DNA of 64,000 nt from Bacillota bacterium. Lineage in GTDB: Bacteria > Bacillota > Peptococcia > Peptococcales > BICA1-8. Below, one piece after another: positions 30,476 to 38,815 of the stretch. Both the position numbers and the translations under genes were made by a program. How positions within the stretch are numbered: position 1 is the first letter of the stretch; each line of letters opens with the position of its first letter. Where the stretch lies: NCBI GenBank assembly GCA_049323895.1, contig JBMOKT010000012.1, positions 24,926 to 88,925 on the forward strand, written 5' to 3'. The notes below the pieces were generated by a model. That model searched no databases. It saw nothing but the letters and a program-made list of their open reading frames with translations, and was not told the DNA's origin.

Positions 30476-30597
30476 ATAGAAAAATTTCTTCCCTTGAACA
30501 AAATTTAGATATTTATTAAATTTTGGTATTAACACAATGAAATCTCCTAACCTAATAGTTACCTAAATAGAACCAAGAATTATTAGAAAAAACTTAT

Positions 30598-30635
30598 AAA
30601 GTTATACTTATTACCTTGTAAAAGTTATACTTTCT
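30598..30635. repeat. 38-bp intergenic element, copy 1 (copy 2 at 55624-55662)
   Basis: AAAGTTATACTTATTACCTTGTAAAAGTTATACTTTCT vs AAAGTTATGCTTATTACCTTGTAAAAAGCTTTACTTTCT. Confidence 0.75.
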
Positions 30636-30645
30636 TTAAGACCAA

Positions 30646-30684
30646 AAAAAATGCTTTGGCAGTAACTCTGCCAAAGCATTTTTT
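30646..30684 (-). terminator. Intrinsic terminator after the DapA-family gene
   Basis: AAAAAATGCTTTGGCAG-taact-CTGCCAAAGCATTTTTT. Confidence 0.85.
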
Positions 30685-31573
30685 ATATCAATTCTGCTTT
30701 TCTCATTATTTCGTCTAATTTCAACTCTTCCTCTGCAGTTAATGGTAACAATGGTCTTCTTGTTGGTCCCCCTATATATCCTCTTTTTTCCATGACATAT
30801 TTAAGTCCGGGTATACCATAAGTACCGGTAACTGCATTATTCACAGGAATCATTTTCAATTGCAGTTCTTTTGCTTCTTCATTTTTCCCGGCATTATATA
30901 AATTATAAATTTCAAGGCATTTATCGGGGCAGCAGGTAGCTAAAGCCATCACTCCACCGTTGGCACCAAGAGCTAAGCCTGGGTATAATACACCTGCTGT
31001 TCCAACCAAAACGTTAAAGTCAGATGGAGACATAGAGATAATTTGGGCTAATTGAGTAATATTAGCAGCACTGTCTTTTATACCAACAATATTAGGGTGT
31101 TGGGCTAATTCAGCCACCAAATCTGGTTCAAAGTTGATACCAGTATTTTTGGGGACATTGTAAAGAAGGATAGGAATATCTGCTGCATCAGCTACTGCAT
31201 TAAAATGCGCCTTAAGTACCTTTCTATTCATAGACCCCTTGTAAAAATTCGGGTTCACTATTAAGGCATAATTTGCACCTAATTTAGCAGATTTATTGGT
31301 TAATTCAATTGTATCTCGGGTTGTTTCACAACCTGCTCCAACTATTATTTTTTTCCCTGCTCCTGCATTTTCAATACAAACTTTTACTATTTCTAGTTTT
31401 TCTTGTTCATTCAAAAATGCATATTCACCATTAGAGCCGAAAATAACATAACCCGCTAAATCTGTCTCATTCCATTTCTCAATATTTTTTTCTAATGCCA
31501 AAAAGTTAATGTTCTCCTGTTCATCAAAAGGTGTAGTAATAGGTGGATAAACACCTCTGATATCTATCTTCAT
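30683..31573 (-). CDS. DapA-family class I aldolase, 4-hydroxy-2-oxoglutarate aldolase-like
   Basis: PPITTPF, GSNGE, LYNVPKNTG, GIKDS; ATG 31573 after AAGGGGG. Confidence 0.8.
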   Translation of the reverse strand: MKIDIRGVYPPITTPFDEQENINFLALEKNIEKWNETDLAGYVIFGSNGEYAFLNEQEKLEIVKVCIENAGAGKKIIVGAGCETTRDTIELTNKSAKLGANYALIVNPNFYKGSMNRKVLKAHFNAVADAADIPILLYNVPKNTGINFEPDLVAELAQHPNIVGIKDSAANITQLAQIISMSPSDFNVLVGTAGVLYPGLALGANGGVMALATCCPDKCLEIYNLYNAGKNEEAKELQLKMIPVNNAVTGTYGIPGLKYVMEKRGYIGGPTRRPLLPLTAEEELKLDEIMRKAELI

Positions 31574-31613
31574 ATAGGTAACCCCCTTATAATGGTTGCC
31601 AATCTCATTTGCT

Positions 31614-32342
31614 TCATCTACCTTCCTGCTGATTATGTTGACTGCTTGAAACAACTGTTTCAATAGCCTCCAAATGATTAAGCATAGCTTGTTGTGCTGC
31701 GTGAGGGTCCTTGTTTCTAATGGCTTGTAAGATAGCCTTATGACCTTCAACAGAATCTAATTTTCTCCCGGGAAGCTGAACTGTAACCTTTCTGGCTTCG
31801 GTAAGGATATCCCACAAGGACTCCATTATACGGAATAAAACCTTAGAACCGGTACTTTTGGCAAGAATCATGTGGAATCTAAGATTCGCCTCCGATAAGT
31901 TGTCAGAGTTTGCCATACCACTTGCCACTAATTCATCCGAACGGTAAACAGCCTCTTCCATTTTAAGCAGGTCTTCAGCAGTGGCATTTTCTGCCGCCCA
32001 GGCAGCAGCATGGGTTTCCAATAGTTTCCTAACCCTAACAATATCTAATAGGTCGTCTTCCCGCTGAACCAATATTGGTGAAATTTGGTTAATAATATAA
32101 CCTGCATCTAATTGTTCTACATAAATCCCCAGACCTCTTTTTATTTTTAAAAAGCCTAAACCAGAGAGAATTTTTACTGCTTCCCTAATGGAAGTCCTGC
32201 TTACATTAAACATATCACATAACTCATTTTCCGATGGGAGCTTATCCCCGGGTTTTAATTTACCGGAAAAAATCATATCTTTTATTTGACCAACAATTTT
32301 GTCAGATAAGCTTATGTGGGTTTCAATGACAGGTTTAAACAT
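31614..32342 (-). CDS. GntR/FadR family transcriptional regulator
   Basis: LKPGDKLPSE.EL...VSRTSIREA; FCD domain FH...H. Confidence 0.92.
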   Translation of the reverse strand: MFKPVIETHISLSDKIVGQIKDMIFSGKLKPGDKLPSENELCDMFNVSRTSIREAVKILSGLGFLKIKRGLGIYVEQLDAGYIINQISPILVQREDDLLDIVRVRKLLETHAAAWAAENATAEDLLKMEEAVYRSDELVASGMANSDNLSEANLRFHMILAKSTGSKVLFRIMESLWDILTEARKVTVQLPGRKLDSVEGHKAILQAIRNKDPHAAQQAMLNHLEAIETVVSSSQHNQQEGR

Positions 32343-32405
32343 ATCTCACCCTCCGGCACTTTCTCCCCTAATAATGCCATAATTAACACAAAGTTCAAGA
32401 ATCTT

Positions 32406-33920
32406 TTAAGCAGCAATTTTTTTTGTTTTACCTTTTTGCAGCATATTCTTAATCACTGGTATAAATATGGCTCCAAAAGCAATAATCATGAGAATTGTAG
32501 AAATTGGTCTGGCAAAGAAAATGCCAAAACTTCCTTCAGATAAAATAAGCGACTGTCTCATGGATGTTTCTAATAATTGACCCAAAACAAGTGCTAGTAC
32601 CAGTGGCGCTCCGGGATATTTAAGCTTTTTCATGAAATATCCAACAAAGCCAAAACCAATGGTAAGATAAACATCAAACATGGAATTGTTTAAGCTATAG
32701 GCGCCCACCAGGATAAATGCCAAAACAACAGCATTTAGGGTAGCTTTGGGAACCTGTAAAATACGGACGAAAACCGGTACAAACAGTAGTACCATTAATA
32801 TTAAAATTACATTACCCACATACATGCTGGCTATTAGACCCCAAACAAAATCAGGGTTTCTCTCGAAAAGCATTGGTCCTGGTCTTAAACCAAACATCAT
32901 TAATGCACCCATTAAGATGGCTGTACTGGCTGAACCTGGTACACCAAGAGTTAATAACGGTACAAAGGCACCGACAGAGGCTGCATTATTTGCACATTCA
33001 GGTGCAGCTACCCCTTCAATTGCCCCTTTGCCAAATTCTTCGGGATTTTTAGATGCCTTTTTGGCCATTCCATAGGAGATAAATGAGGCAATTGTTGCCC
33101 CGGCACCAGGCAACATTCCGATAAAGAAACCAACCGCTGTTCCTCTGGCAATAGTCCATTTGGATCTAGCCCAATCCATTGCTGATGGAAACAGTTTTCT
33201 CCAACGGAGGTCAGCATTTTTAAGACCATCAATATTCACTTTTTCTTCCGAAGCCAGTATTATTTCAGCAATACCAAAAACACCCATAGCCACTGGAATA
33301 AAATCAATACCGCTGAACAATTCTATCATACCAAAGGTAAAACGAGGCATGCCCGTAACTAAATCTAAGCCAATTATTGCTAAGAATAAACCGACTAAAG
33401 CACTAATGAAACCTTTGACAGGATTTTCACCCGTCATTCCGGCTAGTGTTGTTAACCCAAGAACCATTAGGGCAAAATATTCTGGAGGACCAAAACTTAG
33501 GGCAGCCTTAGCTAAGGCTGGTGCTAAAAAAGTAAAAGCAATTACGGAAACTGTTCCGCCGATAAAGGAGCTAAATGCAGCCATACCCATGGCAGGACCT
33601 GCTTTGCCCTGTTGTGCCAAAGGGTAGCCATCCAAAGTAGTCATAACCGCCGCGGAATCCCCAGGAGTATTAATGAGGATAGAAGTTATAGAACCCCCGT
33701 ACATAGCACCATAATAGATTCCCGCTAACATAATAATTCCCGAAACAGGGTCTGACCCAAAGGTGATTGGCAGCAGTACTGCCAAACCGGCAGAAGGTCC
33801 CAAACCTGGCAGTGCACCGATAATGGTTCCAGAAACAACTCCTATTAAACAGTAGAGGATATTCATTGGAGTAATAGCTACTGTAAATCCGTATAAAAGA
33901 TTCGTAAGTGTTTCAAACAT
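32406..33920 (-). CDS. tctA: Tripartite tricarboxylate transporter large permease (second system)
   Basis: GALPGLGP, YGGSITSILINTPG, LDGY, APECANNA, PGPMLF. Confidence 0.92.
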   Translation of the reverse strand: MFETLTNLLYGFTVAITPMNILYCLIGVVSGTIIGALPGLGPSAGLAVLLPITFGSDPVSGIIMLAGIYYGAMYGGSITSILINTPGDSAAVMTTLDGYPLAQQGKAGPAMGMAAFSSFIGGTVSVIAFTFLAPALAKAALSFGPPEYFALMVLGLTTLAGMTGENPVKGFISALVGLFLAIIGLDLVTGMPRFTFGMIELFSGIDFIPVAMGVFGIAEIILASEEKVNIDGLKNADLRWRKLFPSAMDWARSKWTIARGTAVGFFIGMLPGAGATIASFISYGMAKKASKNPEEFGKGAIEGVAAPECANNAASVGAFVPLLTLGVPGSASTAILMGALMMFGLRPGPMLFERNPDFVWGLIASMYVGNVILILMVLLFVPVFVRILQVPKATLNAVVLAFILVGAYSLNNSMFDVYLTIGFGFVGYFMKKLKYPGAPLVLALVLGQLLETSMRQSLILSEGSFGIFFARPISTILMIIAFGAIFIPVIKNMLQKGKTKKIAA

Positions 33921-33936
33921 TCATATCCCTACCTTT

Positions 33937-34395
33937 CTATAACCCAAAGAAGCCTTTGGGGAATGGAACATCTAAACCTATCCGGAATATTAAATAAAGA
34001 ACCAGAGGCAGAATAACCATCATACCGATGGAAGTAAAAATTTTACGTTCCTCTGCCAAAAAGGTAACTAAAAAGCCAGCTAATAAGCCCATGGAAATAA
34101 TCATACCTAAGAAATTTACTAGCAGCCCTGCAATTACTGCACTGCCAATTAAGGTAATCAGCAGCTTAAACCCTTCTTTTGAAAACACTTCCGTTTCTGT
34201 TTTAGAACCGGCTTTAAAAGTTTGGTATAACAATATAACTGAAGTTAAAGCTAAAAGGAGACCAACACAAAAAGGTACAAATCCCGGACCCGGACCTTCA
34301 TCTCCCCACCAAAGTTCCAAGGAAACTCCGCTAATGAGGATATAAATAGAAAGGGCTAATAACATTGCACCAGCTATCCTATCTGCTTTTTTCAC
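33937..34395 (-). CDS. tctB: Tripartite tricarboxylate transporter small permease (second system)
   Basis: GPGPGFVP, C-terminal LDVPFPKG. Confidence 0.85.
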   Translation of the reverse strand: MKKADRIAGAMLLALSIYILISGVSLELWWGDEGPGPGFVPFCVGLLLALTSVILLYQTFKAGSKTETEVFSKEGFKLLITLIGSAVIAGLLVNFLGMIISMGLLAGFLVTFLAEERKIFTSIGMMVILPLVLYLIFRIGLDVPFPKGFFGL

Positions 34396-34476
34396 TTACA
34401 TACCACCCCTTCTCTTAATCAGTGACAAATACTTGTTTTTAAGGGGAGAGTCCCCCTCTCCCCTTAAATTAAAATA

Positions 34477-35505
34477 CTATTTTGCAGCACCAATTTGTTT
34501 AAAGATATCTGCATACATATCGCTTAATTCTACTATAGCTTTGCTAAACTCTTCGGAACCCAAGAAACGCGGAGTGATGGAGTTTTTCTTAATATAATCT
34601 TCCTGCCATGCACCACTCTCGTGCAGCTTTCTAAGCACGTCTTCCCAATACTTAACTGCCTCTGCAGGAGCATCTTTTGGTAAAACAACTCCTCTGAACT
34701 GAGCCAAACTTGCGTTTACTCCTTCTTCGATCAAAGTTGGTACATTATCAAAGCCCGGAATTCTTTCCTTACTTGCTACTACTATTGCTCTTGCCTTGCC
34801 GCCTTCAACCTGGTTTAACGCTTCACCAGGGTTAGCCCAAACTAGGTCTACGTGTCCACCTAAAAGGGCTGTCATTGCTTGACCACCACTCTCAAAAGGA
34901 ACATATTTTAATTCTATACCCGCCTTGTCCTGAAGTACGCGATACATAACAGCGTCATCGGAAGTACCACTTGTACCACCAACTGCCAGACTCTTAGGCT
35001 TAGCTTTTGATTTTTCAATTACTTGTTTTACACTGGTAATTTCAGAATCTTCCCTAACAAATAAAGCTAAAGTATCCATTGCCAACCCTGCAACAGGTGT
35101 GAAATCCTTATAGGAAACAGGTGAATTTCCTAAAAGAGGCGCTGTGTAGAAACTGGAACTAACTGATGCCATATAATATGGATTACCTTTTTTTTCTGCT
35201 ACATAAGCATAACCAATGGATCCACTGCCGCCTGGCTTGTTAACAACGTTAATAGGCTGGCTTACCCATTTGCTGTCAGTAATAACTTTTACCATTGATC
35301 TAGCCATGATGTCACTACCACCACCGGCACCGAAAGGAACTATGAACTCGATAGCTCTTTCAGGATAAGCAGGTTTTGGTGGTTCAGCCTTTGGTTGTTC
35401 CTTAGGAGTTTCCTTAGGTGCTGATGAGCAGCCTCCTACCAAAGTGACTACTAACATAACCGCCAAAAGTAAAGCCAATATCTTTCTCATTTTCATAAAA
35501 TCCAC
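34477..35505 (-). CDS. tctC: Tripartite tricarboxylate transporter substrate-binding lipoprotein (second system)
   Basis: Lipobox VGGC; YPERAIEFIVPFGAGGGSD, NKPGGSG, LLGGHVD. Confidence 0.9.
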   Translation of the reverse strand: MDFMKMRKILALLLAVMLVVTLVGGCSSAPKETPKEQPKAEPPKPAYPERAIEFIVPFGAGGGSDIMARSMVKVITDSKWVSQPINVVNKPGGSGSIGYAYVAEKKGNPYYMASVSSSFYTAPLLGNSPVSYKDFTPVAGLAMDTLALFVREDSEITSVKQVIEKSKAKPKSLAVGGTSGTSDDAVMYRVLQDKAGIELKYVPFESGGQAMTALLGGHVDLVWANPGEALNQVEGGKARAIVVASKERIPGFDNVPTLIEEGVNASLAQFRGVVLPKDAPAEAVKYWEDVLRKLHESGAWQEDYIKKNSITPRFLGSEEFSKAIVELSDMYADIFKQIGAAK

Positions 35506-35578
35506 CTCCGTTTTTTAATTAACACTTCTTCAAACCCCCGGGGAAAACTTTCTCTTCCTTCCACCTCCTTAAAACATG

Positions 35579-36226
35579 TTAGGCTTTATCTGCTTCTGCT
35601 TCTTGAGGTACATATTTTTCCAGAAGTTTTTCTGCTCTATCTGGGTTATAGATACCGCACACACAGGGGTGTGATATCTTAACAGCAGCATCTTTAACGG
35701 TCATACGACCTTTCTTTACTTTCTCAATACAATCTTCAACTAATCCGGAGGAAATCAGGCCATGTCCGCACATAGTTACTAACTCCAATACCTCTTCTGA
35801 AGGCAGTTTTTCAACGTTACCCCACACTTCTAAAGAAAGGTTTACGCAATGGGGCTTGATATCCAATTCCCGGGCAATATCCAATACTTCATCGGTCAAT
35901 CCGCTAACAGTAACAGACAAGCCCTGGTCTAATTCCACAATTCTTTTCAATACCTCTTTCATCTTTTCCTTAGAAGAAAAGGCACATCTAACTCTAGGAA
36001 CATCATTTAATGCATCGCGTATTTCCTGAATGTCAACACCTGATAAAATTGTCCCTGTGTCATACGACCCGATATTACTGGGTCCTAAATCAAATACTTC
36101 ATCTAATACCTTTCTCATCTTATCCTTGGAACCCTCATGGTTAAATCCATAAGCTGAAGTGACCAGTAAAACGTAATCATCTTTTAAACTTTCTTCAGTT
36201 CCTCTGCGGTGCAGTGAATGTGTCAT
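35579..36226 (-). CDS. Uncharacterised His/Cys-motif protein, module copy 2
   Basis: MTHSLHRRG, TMCGH, CVCGIYN. Confidence 0.85.
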   Translation of the reverse strand: MTHSLHRRGTEESLKDDYVLLVTSAYGFNHEGSKDKMRKVLDEVFDLGPSNIGSYDTGTILSGVDIQEIRDALNDVPRVRCAFSSKEKMKEVLKRIVELDQGLSVTVSGLTDEVLDIARELDIKPHCVNLSLEVWGNVEKLPSEEVLELVTMCGHGLISSGLVEDCIEKVKKGRMTVKDAAVKISHPCVCGIYNPDRAEKLLEKYVPQEAEADKA

Positions 36227-36238
36227 TTAGTTCCCCCC

Positions 36239-36967
36239 CTATTTTGTCACTAAAGGTCTGCCAAGACCTAAGTTAACTTTAGAATTTTTACGTACCCTTA
36301 TTCCCATTTCTTCCAATACAGGAAGGATAGGCAATGAACCATCTTCGCTAAAGCGATATATCATATCCAGGGAAAAAACAGTGTCTAATTCACTGGCAAC
36401 TTTTTTGATGACATCCATCACCGGCACTAATTGGGATTCAGGGATACCAAACTCAATAATACAGGAAACCATCTTTTCATTCATATATTCCGGTTTGATT
36501 GTCCCTTTTTCCCTGTCAGCCATTAAATGGGTTAGCGGATTCATCTCTTCAAATTCAATCCCCAGCTTCCCTAGGGCAGTAGTCATTTTCTGTACTTGTT
36601 CCATATTTGTGCCTAAGCAAGGACGACCCATTTCAATAGCAATTCCGATTTGTCCACGGACAACCCTGCCTGTAACATCATTTGTTTTTACTTCCTCAGT
36701 ACCTCTTCCAGGAATTTTAGTTACTGAGTGGGTAGTCATAGGGTCACTAAAGAACTTCCTCGCAGCTCTTGTTCCCTCATAGAGTCCTGGCTGCTCAAAA
36801 AATGCCTTTTTGGGACACCTAACAACTCTAATACGGCTGCAGTTTCCGCATTCAAAACATGCATCTTCATCAATACTAGCTTTTTTATCAACTACTGTAA
36901 TCGCATTGGCAGGGCAATAAGGCACACATATACCACAGCCGCTGCATTTTTCTTGATCAATTCTCAT
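36239..36967 (-). CDS. 2x[4Fe-4S] protein, module copy 2
   Basis: CSGCGICVPYCP, CFECGNC...CP, GRGTEEVKTNDV, EMGRP. Confidence 0.85.
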   Translation of the reverse strand: MRIDQEKCSGCGICVPYCPANAITVVDKKASIDEDACFECGNCSRIRVVRCPKKAFFEQPGLYEGTRAARKFFSDPMTTHSVTKIPGRGTEEVKTNDVTGRVVRGQIGIAIEMGRPCLGTNMEQVQKMTTALGKLGIEFEEMNPLTHLMADREKGTIKPEYMNEKMVSCIIEFGIPESQLVPVMDVIKKVASELDTVFSLDMIYRFSEDGSLPILPVLEEMGIRVRKNSKVNLGLGRPLVTK

Positions 36968-36987
36968 TTATTTACCTCCTAGTTAAC

Positions 36988-38052
36988 TTAGATAATTGAC
37001 TCCGGTAAAGGAACCGAAAATTTAACTGACAGCTGTTCAAATTTTTCTAATAATTCTTTGCCTAGGGAAATACCCCTTGCATAATTGGTTTTGGCTAACT
37101 CCCTTTCCCTTTCCCCAGGCATTCTTATTTCATCATAACCATATGCTTTGGGGAGACTCTTCATTTCACCAATCATGGCATCCATTCTGGATCTAATTTC
37201 CTCTAAGTCTAAAAATCCCTGAGGATTTATCGCAATCATTAGATGCCCCACATTACTTGGGTCTAAGGAGTCACTGTATTGCCAGATGACACCTTTGCCA
37301 TAACCTGCCCCGGTTAGTAAGCCCGACAACATTTCAATTGCCATTGCCAGAGCAGCACCTTTATGTGCTCCCATGGGCAGAATGCATCCTTTTAAGGCTT
37401 CTTTAGCATCGGCAGTGGGTTTACCCTCACTGTCCAAGGCCCAGTCCGGACCAATAGGTTCGCCCTCTTGAGCAGCCTTTATAATTTTGCCCCGTGCAAC
37501 TATACTGGTTGCCATATCGATTGAAATTGGTCCAAAATCCGATCCTCCCGGAATAGATATTGCCAAGGGATTTGTTCCAAAATAGGCCTCCCGTCCTCCC
37601 CAAGGCGGGATAGCAGGTGGTCCATTTGCAATTACAATACCTACTAAATTTTCTTCTAGCGCCATATTGGCATAATAGGAAGCAGCACTGAAATGATTGC
37701 TGTTTTTAACACCTACTGCAGCAATACCAAACTCTTTTGCCTTCTTTATTACAGTTTTCATTGCCTCATATGCTGCTACATGACCCAGTCCATTATCCGC
37801 ATCAACTATGGCCAGAGCAGGAAAATTAAAAACAGTCTTAATAACAGGCTCTTTGTTTATCAATCCCTTTTCCAGCCTCTCCAAATAGACAGGCAGCCTG
37901 GTCAATCCATGGGACCCAACACCCTCCAAATCTGCTTGGATAAGGACCTTGACCACTATTTGGGCATCTTCCTTTTTTATTCCCGAATTAATGAGCAGCT
38001 TTTCTGAAAAGTCAATTAATTCCGGAACCGAAAACAAATTATTACTCTTCAT
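36988..38052 (-). CDS. Ldh_2 family (malate/L-lactate/sulfolactate/ureidoglycolate dehydrogenase-like) oxidoreductase
   Basis: GVGSHG, DADNGLG, NSNHF, GTNPLA, DMATS, HKG, RMPG. Confidence 0.9.
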   Translation of the reverse strand: MKSNNLFSVPELIDFSEKLLINSGIKKEDAQIVVKVLIQADLEGVGSHGLTRLPVYLERLEKGLINKEPVIKTVFNFPALAIVDADNGLGHVAAYEAMKTVIKKAKEFGIAAVGVKNSNHFSAASYYANMALEENLVGIVIANGPPAIPPWGGREAYFGTNPLAISIPGGSDFGPISIDMATSIVARGKIIKAAQEGEPIGPDWALDSEGKPTADAKEALKGCILPMGAHKGAALAMAIEMLSGLLTGAGYGKGVIWQYSDSLDPSNVGHLMIAINPQGFLDLEEIRSRMDAMIGEMKSLPKAYGYDEIRMPGERERELAKTNYARGISLGKELLEKFEQLSVKFSVPLPESII

Positions 38053-38144
38053 TTATATCCCACCAGTTTATTTAATTAAAGAAGGATAAGGAAAGGGCAG
38101 CGGGGAACAAATCCCTAACCCTATCCTCCCAGGGGGTTAACTAG

Positions 38145-38801
38145 TTATTCAGAAGCAGCTGCAGCTTCTTTCTCTGCTGCTTTTCCAACTGTCTCGGTTA
38201 TAATTTCTGCACATCTGACCTGGTTAAAAATACCGCAATAGCAGAAGTTAGCCAGTTTTATAGCTGCTTCATCCTCTGTTAAACGTCCTTTTCTAACTTG
38301 ATCAAACATATGCTCTACGAATTTAGGTGGAATCATATGGTGCCCACACATAGTAGTAATAGATAGTGTAGTGTCATCAGGCAAATTGTCTTTTTTACCC
38401 CAAACTCCTAGTGAATAATTAATTGAATGAGGCTTTACCCCAGCTTCTTCACAAGCAGGTAAAACTTCACTTAATACTCCTGTTATTACAACTGACTGGT
38501 CTAAATCCTTTGCCTTGATTTGCTTTAAAAATTCAACAACCTGTTCCTTTTTAGTAAATACACCCCTAATCCGGGACTTATCTATAATGCGTTCTTTGAT
38601 ATACTCGCTAGGATACTGGGTGATAGGTCCAGTCTTAACATCACCCCAATTTTCTGAACCCAAGGCCTCTGCAACTGCGATAAACTCTAATGCCTTGACC
38701 TTAATATTGGTATCATTAACACCTTTTGTTTGATACATAAACCAGTTAAAGTCCTTTTTCTGTGACTCAATGGAACCTGAGCGATGCAGTGAATGGGTCA
38801 C
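38145..38801 (-). CDS. Uncharacterised His/Cys-motif protein, module copy 3
   Basis: GTG start; THSLHRSG, TMCGHH, CYCGIFN; near-identical to copy 1. Confidence 0.85.
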   Translation of the reverse strand: MTHSLHRSGSIESQKKDFNWFMYQTKGVNDTNIKVKALEFIAVAEALGSENWGDVKTGPITQYPSEYIKERIIDKSRIRGVFTKKEQVVEFLKQIKAKDLDQSVVITGVLSEVLPACEEAGVKPHSINYSLGVWGKKDNLPDDTTLSITTMCGHHMIPPKFVEHMFDQVRKGRLTEDEAAIKLANFCYCGIFNQVRCAEIITETVGKAAEKEAAAASE

Positions 38802-38815
38802 TTAACCTTCCTCCT

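Noticed and set aside
30598-30635. Xer dif site
   Set aside because: Does not show the 11-6-11 arm structure with a TTATG(T/C)TAA-like XerD arm; kept as an unexplained repeat
31574-31750. Long N-terminal extensions and overlaps in the ORF track (DapA-like, LUD, aconitase, nucleoside kinase, nth)
   Set aside because: Artefacts of calling the first possible start; downstream ATGs with proper SD sequences match family N-termini
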